DNA of 64,000 nucleotides from Octopus vulgaris (taxonomy: Eukaryota): the NCBI GenBank assembly GCA_951406725.2, contig OX597825.1, forward strand, positions 42,718,001-42,782,000, read 5' to 3'. The position numbers and the translations under genes are program-made. The notes under the pieces were generated by a model. The model was not told where the DNA came from. It did not search any database and was given only the letters and a program-made list of their open reading frames with translations. Below, one piece after another: positions 53,325-64,000 of this stretch; positions within the stretch are counted from its first letter, which is position 1, and every line of letters starts with the position of its first letter.

Positions 53325-56300
53325 GAAAACTACTCCATCACTGTTACCCTCCCAGAAGATTTTATACCTATGTGCCTTACCTGTGAGGACCCTGGCTGAA
53401 GCTCTTCTTCCTCTTACCTCTTGTATGCAACTTACATCAACACGTCTCCGTTCAAGCATCTCTACAATCTCCCTAGACCTACTTTTCGGTGTGCCTACAT
53501 TCACAGTGCCATCTCTAAAAACTGGAAAAGGAATGTGGGGAGGCATGGGATGGGAGATGTTATTCAATGTCTGAAAAGAAGAAGGTTTTCGTGTTCTTTT
53601 GGGTTGTTAAGGTCATAGAGGTAGTGATGCATGCTACCTATTAATCTGCAACACTAACTTCAGGAAGCCAGACAGCCACCTGATAACCTATCAATCAGGT
53701 GACTCTGCTAGCCAGATTGATTTCATCCTCACCAGACGGCGGGATGCAAGGTTGCTTTTAAATACAAAGACCCTCCACGGTGAAGAATGTACCCCCAGCA
53801 TAGACTAGTCATTAATGACTTTAGACTCGACGCCAGAAAGATGCAAAGAAGCAAACCAATCTAGAAAAAAGGATTTGGAAGTTAAAGAACCCTTCACATG
53901 GTTAGAGATTTAGTGGGAAATTTGATGAGAGAAAGGAGAAGCTACAGACTTCGGACATAGTGGGTAAGTGGAAATACCTACGGGACAGCTTACTGAGTAC
54001 AACAGACCAAATCTGCGACTGGTGCAAAGTCCCTACCATACCTAGAGTAACGTGGTGGTGGAATAATACGGTAGACAAGGTCATTAGTGCAAAGAAACAG
54101 GCCTGGAAGAGCCGGGGTATCAAGGAACCGTACCAGATAGCCAGAAGGAAGGCTGGGCGACAGGTATACATAACCAAGGGAGAAGGAGAAAAGAAGTTTG
54201 TCAGTGCTCAGCGACGTGAGGACCAAACTCCTGAAGTACTTCGGATTGCAAGACAGTGTGTGAGAGAAAATTGTGATGTCACAGGAGTGAAATGTGTCGC
54301 ATGGACGATGGTACACTTACTTTTAGTGATTCTGAAAAGAAAAAGGCTTGGAGAAGCCATTATGAAAGGCTGCTGAATGTGGAGAATGTGGATAATGAAT
54401 GGGAGTAGGAGAGCCTGCCAGTACAAGGACCAGATATCCGAATAAACAGCACCTTGGTAGATAAAGTAATTAAGAGTATGAAGCTAGGAAAAGCCCCGTG
54501 CCCATCAGAAATCACTGCTGAGATGCTTAAAATATCTGCTGATGTGGGTTATGGTCTAGTCACCCGTATTGTAAACCAGGTAGTTCACGGAGTCATACGC
54601 AATGGTTGACGTAGCAGCACCATAGTCGACTGCTACAAGGGTAAAGGTGATGCTTTAGATAGAAATAACTACGGGGGTATCAAACTGGTGGATCAGGTGA
54701 TGAAGGTTACAGAGAGGGTCATATTCCAACTAATTAGAGAGAGAGAGTCCGCTTAGATGAGATGCAGTTCGGTTTTGTACCAGGTAGAAGCACCATTGAT
54801 TGTATATTCCCGGTACGGCAACTGCAGGAGAAATACCTAGCCAAAGATAAACCCCTAGCTTTTGTTGACTTGGAGAAAGCCTTTGACAGAGTCCCCCCCG
54901 ATCCCTTATCTGGTGGGCGATGCGGAAACTGGGGATTAATGAGTGGTTAATAAGAGTTTTACAGGCTCCGTACAGGGATGCCATTTGTAAGGTAAGCGTT
55001 GGCAATGAGTATAATGAAGAACTCCGGGTAGAAGTAGGGGCTCACCAAGGTTCTACCCTCAGCCCACTCTTATTCATCATAGTCCTCCAGGCAATTAGAG
55101 AGGAATTCAAGACAGGTTGACCCTGGGAGCTCCTCTATGCTGGTGACCTTGCTCTCATAGCGGAATCACTACCAAAACTAGAGAATAAATTTCAGGTGTG
55201 GAAGAAAGGTTTAGAATCGAAGGGCCTTAGAGTCAATGTTGCAAAAACCAAAGTCCTAGTAAGTAGGTAGGCGAACATATCACAAACCCTTTCAGGTAGA
55301 TGGCCCTGCTCGATTTGTAGAAAAGGCGTAGGTAGAAAGTCCATAAGATGTACCCAGTGTAAGCTATGGACGCGTAAGTGGTACCGCAACATCAAAGGAA
55401 GATTAACCATGAAGATAGCTTTTGTGTGCGGCAGATGTGCGGGGTCAATAAACACCACAGATGCTCAGAAAACTGATTCCATCACATGCCAGGGGAAGAA
55501 ACTAGAAGTAGTTGATAGCTTCCGCTACTTAGGTAACCAAGTCTGTAGTAGGGGTGGATACTCGGAGAGCGTTGCCACTAGAATAAGAATGGCCTGGACA
55601 AAGTTCAGAAAGCTCCTACCTCTACTGGTGACAAAGGCCCTCTCGCTGAGTGAAAGGTAGATTGTATGATGCGTGGGTGCGAACTGCCTTACTACACAGC
55701 AGTGAAACATGAGCCATGACTGCTGAAGACATGCGTAGGCTGTGAAGAAATGAAGTTAGTATGATCCGCTGGATGTGTAATGTCAGTGTGCACACATGAC
55801 AGAGTGTAAGCGCCCTGAGAGAAATGTTGGACATAAGAAGCATCGAATGTGGTGTGCAAGAGAGACCACTGCACTGGTATGGTCATGTGCTAAGGATGGA
55901 TGGGGAGAGCTGTGTGAAGAAGTGTCACTCCCTAACAGTGGAAAGAACTCATGGAAGAGGGAGATCCAGGAAGACATGGGATGGGGTGGTGAAGCAATGG
56001 TGAAAGGCTGAGACCTCTGGAGATATGCTGTGATTGAGATGACCCGGCAAGTAAAGTGAGATCGCAGCCTTAGCCTACGGTAATGCCGCATAACTAGTTC
56101 ATTTAAAAAGTACCTTTGAATCGTCGGGTGACATGCCGTGCTTGATGAGACCTATTGAGTAAATTAAAAGATCAAAATCAAATCAAATTACAATCAAATG
56201 AAAATTGTAATTGTGGCCGATGCCAGTGCCACCTGACTGGCTCCCGTGCTGGTGGCACGCAATAAGCACCATTCATGCGTGGGTCGTTGCCATGGCTGCC

Positions 56301-56412
56301 TGACTGGGTCTCCGTGTCAGTGGTACGTAAAAAGCACCATTCGAACGTGGTCGATGCCGGTGCCGCCTAACTGGCTCCCATGCCAGTGGCACGTAAACAG
56401 CACCCACTACAC
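53325..56412 (+). mobile_element. RTE-clade LINE, near full-length, decayed, with inverted 5' segment (53325-53620)
   Basis: Minus-strand APE N-terminus (TVNVGT..IQEVR..DGV); plus-strand APE C-terminus (ICNTNFRK, QIDFIL), QFGFVPGRST, FVDLEKAFDRV, HQGSTLSPLLF, LLYAGDL and a Cys-rich finger; 3' UTR repeats. Confidence 0.88.
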
Positions 56413-57130
56413 GATGTGTCCAGGGGGTTTATCCTTAATTTCCGCTAAGGTGTATTTTGTAAAATGTGTGCTTGAGAAATAATCTTGCTCCTGGTATTTA
56501 CATAGTTTTTGGAGGGCCTTAAGTTTTTCAAAATGATATAGTTTTTCGAGCTAGCATATGGAACATCTTTTTGATGTAGGGCCAGATGTAAGCCCTATAC
56601 TAACGGCAGCGGAAGGTGCGGTCTATGCAACATGGAGAGATGGCTTATCTGGAAAAGCAGCTTAGACCCTACTACATGTCTAAATACAAGGACAGAGCTT
56701 TTCGGATCATGCCCACATGTGACTAAATTTCTGTTACGTTTTTGGTCCCCTAAAGAAAACAGATAGAACATGCTTTCTATGTTATGTCCCAAGAAGAATT
56801 TATATATTTTTATATATTTTTATATATTTTTTATATATTTTTTATGTATTTTTATAAAATTTTTATGACGAAAAATGCGAGCGATGTATAAGTACGCAGG
56901 CAAGCAGAGTTATAACAGAGTAATTTCCCTTTATTTAACGATATTTTTTCATAACGTTTTCAAATAGCCAGATAACCGAAGAGATGGTGTTGTGGATTTC
57001 CACTTGGGCATCTGAAACTCAGAGTTTTATCTTGACTACCGAGTAATGTAACATATTGTATAGATAAATTTCCTCTATTTACATAATATTGAGGTCTCTT
57101 TCTTTCTTTTGTTATCTTACCGTTTTATCA
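56413..57130 (+). mobile_element. Penelope-like element 3' fragment (GIY-YIG C-terminus + pLTR with HHR)
   Basis: 56587-56766 reads CKPYTNGSGRCGLCNMERWLIWKSSLDPTTCLNTRTELFGSCPH...*, matching the PLE endonuclease tail C-x2-C-x2-E...LN-x-R-x-E...C-x-H; HHR ~200 bp downstream; ends in (TA)n. Confidence 0.8.
56970..57032 (+). ncRNA. Type I hammerhead ribozyme motif, variant or degenerate core (CCGAAGA)
   Basis: Stem I agataa/ttatct, CCGAAGA, stem II gatg/catc plus an extra T, GAAA, stem III actc-a-gagt, GTT. Confidence 0.65.
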
Positions 57131-57157
57131 ATATATATATATATATATATATATATG

Positions 57158-57380
57158 TTTGTGTATATGTTTGTGTGTCTGTGTTTGTCTCCCCAACATC
57201 GCTTGACAACTGATGATGACGTGTTTACGTATCCGTAACTTATCGGTTAGGCAAAAGAAACCGATAGAGTAGGTACTAGGCTTACAAACAATAAGTCCTG
57301 GGATCGATTTTCTCAACTAAAGGTGGTGCTCCTGCATGGCCGCAGTCAAATGACTGAAACAAGTAAGAGAGTAAAAGAGT
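57158..57380 (+). mobile_element. 3' half of the 27476 SINE family
   Basis: Matches 27675-27870. Confidence 0.8.
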
Positions 57381-60300
57381 GCCAATGGTATCGCAGGTGC
57401 TGGGGGCAGGTCTGGAAAGCTAGAAACCTCTAGTTCGTGACCACACATTGACGGCGAATCTTAGATGGTTGTTCTCCAATGAATAGCCATGGCATTAGAG
57501 TTCGGCAGCTGGACTCGTGATTGGGCTGGCATCTTTATGATTTCCACATCCCACCCTTTAATGGGGAGCCCCTAGAAAAGGTGAGGTGATTATCTGATAC
57601 GGCAACGTGATCTTGCCAGCATACCGCCGCTGGAGGACCTCCCACTCAGCGGTCAGAACTCTATTTCTACTTATCCATCATCGACTACTAAATCTTTTGT
57701 TTCACAACCTCTCGGGGCCTGGAACATCCGCACTTTCGGGGCCTGGAACATCCGCACACTCCAGGGCAAGAGTGACATTAATCGTCCCGAATGACGTACA
57801 GTCCTCGTCTGCTAAGAACTTGCCTGCATCAACATCAACGTGAGAGCCTTAAGCGAGACTAGGCTACCCAGAGAAGGCAGCATCAGAGAAGCTGGCTCCA
57901 AATACACCTAATGAACTAGGCATCCATGGAGTTGGCTTACCATCAAAACGAAATTTGTGAACCAACACAGACTCATCCCAACTACTGTCCGTGAGCACCT
58001 GATGACTGTTCGGATCCCGCTCATTCGGGACAGATTCTTTACACTGATCTCTACGTACACCCCTACACTCTCATCTATAGACGACGTCTAACCTTCATTC
58101 TACAACCTGCTGGACCTCACCATCCAGACAATCCATGCGCATGATAAACTCGTCGTGTTGGGGTACTTTAACGACAGAGTCGTCAGTGACCATTGTCTGT
58201 GGAATGGCATTCTTGGTTATCACGGCATCGGGAAATGCAATGCCAATGGCCAGCTCCAGCTGGGCCTTTGCATCGAGCACGAACCCGTCATCACCAACTC
58301 CCTATCCGACAAACATGACCAGGAAACACCCACGGTCTAAACATTGGCACACCCTCGACTACGTTCTGACAAGATCTAGGGACAGACGAGATGTACAAAT
58401 CACCCTGTCCATGTCGGTGCAGATGGCTGCTAGACGGATCACTGCCTTCTTATTTCTCTTCGTGACATCAAGATCCGCCGCCCATCAAAGTGGATCTCAG
58501 CAAATAACCCTTGCCGACACTTCGACTGCGCCAAACTTCGGATCTCACGGATATCCCAAGACTTCAGGGAATCCATTGAGAGACACCTGATAGACCTCCC
58601 AGAGCAAACCTCGATTGAGGATCGCTGGACCAGCTTTCGTGTTGCAATGATCACTGCCGCTAAGGAAACTATAGGCTTTGCCCGGAAGAAGAACCAAGAC
58701 CGGTTTGACGAGAATGAGGAAACCGTCTCCCGTCTTATCGAAACCAAACTCTGGACGCGCATCACCCTCGAGAATCATGCCACTGCGGAGAACAAACGAA
58801 AACACCAGCAAGCATCAGCGGAATGCCAGCGAGGAATTAGAATAGACCAGAACATCTGGTGGCAGAGAAAAGCAAAGGAGATGCAAAACTATATGGACCA
58901 ACGAGACTTGCGCTGCTTTTATGCCGCAACAAAGGAGATCATCAGCCCCACAAGGTCACCAATGGGTAGCCTGAAGAGCGCAGCTGGCTCTACAATAACC
59001 AAAATCCAGGGAATTCTCGAAAGCTGGAAGTCCCATTTCGAGAACCTACTTAACGACCACTCACGCACTCCTGACGATCTCCTCCAAATCACCCCACAGC
59101 TTCCCATCTGCCGTTGGATGTCCCTGCCGCCCTCACCCCAAGGTATTCGAGCCAATGAAGCCTGGAAACGCTCCGGGACAAGATAACATCCCGTTTGAGT
59201 TTTTCACCACGGAGGTCCTGTGGTGAGAAATCATCTGATGCTCCTTATCCTCAAGATCTGGGAAAGCAAGACCCTCCCGAACGACTTCCGCGATGCAACT
59301 ATCATCACTATCTACAAGAAGGTAGACCGAGAGGATTGCAATAACTATAGGGGCATCTCACTCCTGAGTACTTCAAGCAAGATCTTCGCCTGTATCTACT
59401 CAATCGCCTCCTCATCCTCGCGGAAGACATCCTCCCTGAGTCCCAGTGTGGCTTTCGACCCTCCCGAGGCACAATCGACATGACCTTTTGTGCCCGTCAA
59501 CTTCAGGAGGAGTGTCAAGAACAAAAACAGCTTGCAATGTTCATCTTCTGGGATCTAAAGAATCCCTTTGACAAGGTCCCCCGTCCTGCAATATGGGCTG
59601 TCCTTTCTCGGTTTGGATGTCCGGAGGACTTCATTGCCCTAGTCCGCTTCCTTCACGTTGGCATGGTGGGTAGGTATACCATCAAGATGCCCTCACAACT
59701 CCGCTTCCCATCACTGGTCCCCTTAAGCAAGATTGCATCTTGGCACCAACCAGTTTCTCTTTGTACATTGCCATGTTCAACAAATCTCACCAGACTCGCC
59801 TTCCTATCGCTTGGATAGTGGGCTGTTCAATCTCGCACGTCTCTGCGCAAAGGGGAACACTTCCGCCATCTCAGTATATATATATGAATATACCAGACTG
59901 ACTCAAAAGTTATTTTAGATTTTCATTGATGACTTTTGCAACTTGTATCTCTATGTTACATCATTAATTTGATATCACTTGTTGTCCAATCATAGTTGAA
60001 TTGTTTAATCTTGTTATTCATATATAACATATAAACATCACTTGTTTATTCTTTATTTTATAACTTTGATAATGGGATGTCAAAAAATTCCACTTAGAGC
60101 CATTTTACGCTATCTGTGGGGGAAAAAGGACTGAGTGCAAGGGCAACAGCAAAAGATGACAATGGCACACCGAGCCGGACCGCAGATGCCTTACAAAGGA
60201 CGGCTGATCTTTAAAACGCAACTTACGAACGCTTCAGGATGCAGATAAACACATTAAAGACCAAGACATTGATCCAACCAGCACCAGGCCAGAAGACTCC

Positions 60301-61070
60301 ACCCACGAACATTAGCATCAACGGCAAAGCTCGAGAAGGTGAACGCATTTCATACTTGCGGAGTATCTTTTCAAAGACCCCCACGTGTGAAAAGGACATG
60401 GAGAACGGGATCAGAGCAGCTTGCTCTGCCTTCGGTAGATTCAGCGAACGTGTATTCTTCAATTATGCGCTGACCACCATTGTCCTGTCGACTTTTCATA
60501 ATGCTCGTGAGATTTGGACGCTGTGCTGCCGTGACTTCAAGCGCCTTGTATGCTTCCAGCAATCCAAGCTACAACAGATCCTCATTATTCTATGGTAAGA
60601 TCACATTACCAACAACGAGGTTCTTCGCTGCGCGTCACTACCAAGGGTCGGAGCCACCACTCTTCGCTATCGTCTTTGCTGGGCAGGTCACATCCAGCAC
60701 ATGGAGCCCTTTCATCTCCAAAGAACTTGCAATTGGTGAACTTTCAATCAGAACAAGATCCAGAGGGAATTTCGTTTTAAAGACCAGCTCAAACGGACCC
60801 TAGCTCAAACTAACATCCTCATGGGAACAGATTGCTAGGACAGCTGGAGGACTGCTATCCACAATGAAGCCAGCTCCTTCAAGCACAACAGGCAACAGAA
60901 TGAGGAGGTAAAACATTCTAAACCCATACCAGCCCTCCTGTGCAAATTCTGGCCACGACTCTTTCCCCAGCGACTTGGACTCCAAACTCTCATTCGGCAC
61001 AGACATCTGACGAGGAGACTGGGTAGAAACTGACGAACACAATGCTCGGATACGAGCTGGAGCCAACATA
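57381..61070 (+). mobile_element. RTE (BovB-like) LINE, near full-length, decayed, interrupted at its RT catalytic motif
   Basis: FGAWNIRT, ALSETRL, HWHTLDYVL, NYRGISLLS, QCGFR, RQLQEEC, FWDLKNPFDKV; DDN resumes at 60155; C-terminal RLCWAGH. Confidence 0.85.
59872..60157 (+). repeat. ~285-bp near-identical copy of 62573-62857 inserted in the RTE
   Basis: Direct comparison shows only a couple of differences. Confidence 0.92.
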
Positions 61071-61075
61071 TTTCC

Positions 61076-61230
61076 GATGGGCTTCTTTCAGTTTCTGTCA
61101 ACCAAATCCACTCACAAGGCTTGGGTTGGCCTTAGGCCATAGTAGAAGACACTTGCCCAAGGTGCCACACAGCGGGACTGAACCTAGAATCTTATGGTTG
61201 GGAAGCGAGCTTCTTACTACACAGTCGCAC
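61076..61230 (-). mobile_element. 5' (tRNA-derived) half of the 27476 SINE family
   Basis: Reverse complement matches 27480-27632. Confidence 0.8.
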
Positions 61231-62589
61231 GTCCTAATATTTAGGAAGAAGGCAGGGTGAATCATAATAAACTGAGTGACCTAGTTCTTATGATCAGATA
61301 GTTGAGGAAGTGGCGAGCTGTAAACAAATTTATCAGTGAAGCCTTATTGCAATGAAGAAAGACATCTAATATTCAGAATTAAATTTCTAAATATAATAGG
61401 TGAGTGGCAAGAGTGTGTTGCATGGTTAATTGGTCATCCTTGATTGTGCAGTTGCAATGTTATATATTTATTATGTTGATGACAATTGTTGTGTTGTCTA
61501 GCTGGCTGTGTATATTATAAATGAAGCAAACTCATGAAATTTTAACTTTTAACGTATTTATTGACGGAAATGATATACTGTGTTGGATATCTAGAAAGGA
61601 AAGATGCAGATACCATAACTCCCAACTGGGAGGAGAGGGCCCTGCTGTGTCTTGTTGTAGTCTAGCTGTAGGCATCGTGTGTGAGTGCCTGAAATTGTCA
61701 CTTGCTCAAGGTGGTCTGTCCAAGCGCTCTGCCTAAGTATCTGAGATGGTTGGGTGTGTTCCTCAATTGGTCTGCCTAGTGAGTTAGATGCCAAACTGTC
61801 TAAGTAAGGTAAAAAGTGGGGAGAATTTTAAATCATCTGAGAAGTCATATCACACCATAACTTCATGCTGACTGGTCTATTTATAGATCAATCAGTTGGA
61901 ACTGTTGTGGCTTACGCATGATTTTCGCTGTTAGGGTTCGAATCTGTACAAGTGCTTATGAATATAACTTAGATTTTGAGGTCTAAGGAAACATCTAAAC
62001 TGTCAGTCATTGTCAGGTTAATGTCAATAAAAATACTGAGTCCTAAGGAACAAAAGGTTGGAAATAAACAGTTTTCCAAAGGAATTTAGGGCCTGGCTAT
62101 CATAATTCAGTGATCTTGCATTTTCCGCATATATATCAATGTTATGGTTGAGGAATTTTAAATTTAGATGGTTTAACATAATTTCTTTTCTTCCTGTCCG
62201 AATTTACAAAATACTTCTTAGTGGAAATGAAGGATAAACCACTGGACACACCACAGACTATTCCAGTTTTGGCTTATGTAATTTTTTATATTCAAAAGAC
62301 ATTGGGTATATTTACGGTGAAGTTAATTATCTCTCTTGAGTTTCTAACTATCTCGTTTTAAATGAGCATGATCATTCAAATGCTGATTGCATCAAACACA
62401 GTTACTAAACCGTTTTGTTGCTTGTGTAATTTTGATAAATTGCAAAATAAATTAACCTTTATGCGAGGAGACCTGGTCTTTTCATAAAGTTTTTTGTGGC
62501 TTTTATTGTGAAAACATTTTCACTAACTTAATTGATTGGAGTGGGATACTATGTGTCGAAAATCATACCCCACAGTATATATATATGAA

Positions 62590-63785
62590 TATACCAGACT
62601 GACTCAAAAGTTCTTTTAGATTTTCATTGATGACTTTTGCAACTTGTATCTCTATGTTACATCATTAATTTGATATCACTTGTTGTCCAATCATAGTTGA
62701 ATTGTTTAATCTTGTTATTCATATATAACATATAAACATCACTTGTTTATTCTTTATTTTATAACTTTGATAATGGGATGTCAAAAAATTCCACTTAGAG
62801 CCATTTTACGCTATCTGTGGGGAAAAAAGGACTGAGTGCAAGGGCAACAGCAAAAGATACTAATGATGTGAAAGGACCAGGAAGTGTCATTGAATGTGTG
62901 ACACAGAACTGGTCCAGACGTTTCAAGGAAGGTGATTACCAGCTTCAAAGACAAACCAAGGAGACATTTTTTTGTAGAAAATGAGGCCTTGCTTCAATTG
63001 GCTGAACAAACATTTATACATTATTGGAAGAACTTGGTGCTTCACAAAATTCCATCACTTGGCACCTTCAAAAGCTCAGTTTGGTGAACATATGCTGTTG
63101 AGAAGCCACTCATCAACTGAGCAATGGGCAAGCTCAACAACGTGTAAACATTTGCAAACAACTACTGGTAAATCCTCAAGGTGTTCGGTTTTGGCATCAA
63201 ATTGTATCTGGGTACCTATTTTTGTTATCCTAATAAGAAAACTCAGTGGCAGTGTTCATGCAAGGCTTCAGAACCTGTTGTCAGAGAAGAGTAGTTTAAA
63301 CAGAAAATCATGTATGTTTGTTGGCATTTCGATGGAGTGTTAGACTTAGAGCTTCCCTCAGATGGTCATGCTGTGAACACTAGCATTTATGTGAAAGTCC
63401 ACTACCCAGTATTAGTCAACTAAAGGTGTGCACTCTTACAGCATGACAATGCCCCAGCTCACACTGCTAAGCGAACACTTACTTGAGGGTCTGGAAGTGC
63501 TGCCTCACTTTGCCTTCAATCCAAACCTTGCACTATCAGATTACCACCTATTCGGAGCTATGGCTCATTTCCTACATGGATGGAAGTTCAACTATGTGAA
63601 TGAGATTGAAAGCGAAATTGTTCGTGTCTGAACCAGACAAATGGTATAAGTGATAAATTGAGCTTCTGCCACAATGGTAGCAATAGACAATTGAACATGA
63701 TGGGATATATTTTGATGAACAAACATCTTACATGTGTAGTTTGAACTATTAAAGCTTCAAGTGAAAACTTTGACTTAACCTTTAT
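62590..63785 (+). mobile_element. Mariner transposon relic
   Basis: NWSRRFKEG (HTH), HDNAPAH, PHFAFNPNLALSDYHLF; TIRs decayed; TA flanks. Confidence 0.75.
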
Positions 63786-63792
63786 ATATTCA

Positions 63793-63898
<106 letters not shown>

Positions 63899-64000
63899 TG
63901 TGTGTGCGCGCGCGTGTATACTTATATACATACATATATATATATACGCACTCACACACACACATACATTAACATATATATTCATACAGATGTATACACA

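Noticed and set aside
57381-57660. HDV-like ribozyme in the RTE 5' UTR (ggcgaa seen at ~57453)
   Set aside because: Could not build the nested double pseudoknot by eye; needs a descriptor search.

Overview
AT-rich metazoan DNA that is non-genic or deep intronic. The repeat landscape resembles an octopus/coleoid cephalopod genome (my recognition, not verified). I found no host exon. The window is a mosaic of decayed mobile elements and very long (TA)n microsatellites. It holds two related Rep/Helicase Helitron copies plus non-autonomous Helitrons, a nearly intact 5'-truncated CR1/L2-group LINE, RTE and R4/Dong LINE fragments, Tc1/mariner relics, tRNA-derived SINEs and Penelope-like remnants. 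The most notable signal is not in the ORF track: eight type I hammerhead ribozyme (HHR) motifs at six loci, plus one half-motif. Four of these loci are ~490-550 bp non-coding units present as 1-1.25 circularly permuted monomers next to (TA)n, and three of the four carry a long inverted (fold-back) arm. One HHR lies directly downstream of a Penelope-type GIY-YIG C-terminus, which ties the family to Penelope-like elements/retrozymes. In one copy the palindrome centre maps exactly to the predicted self-cleavage site.
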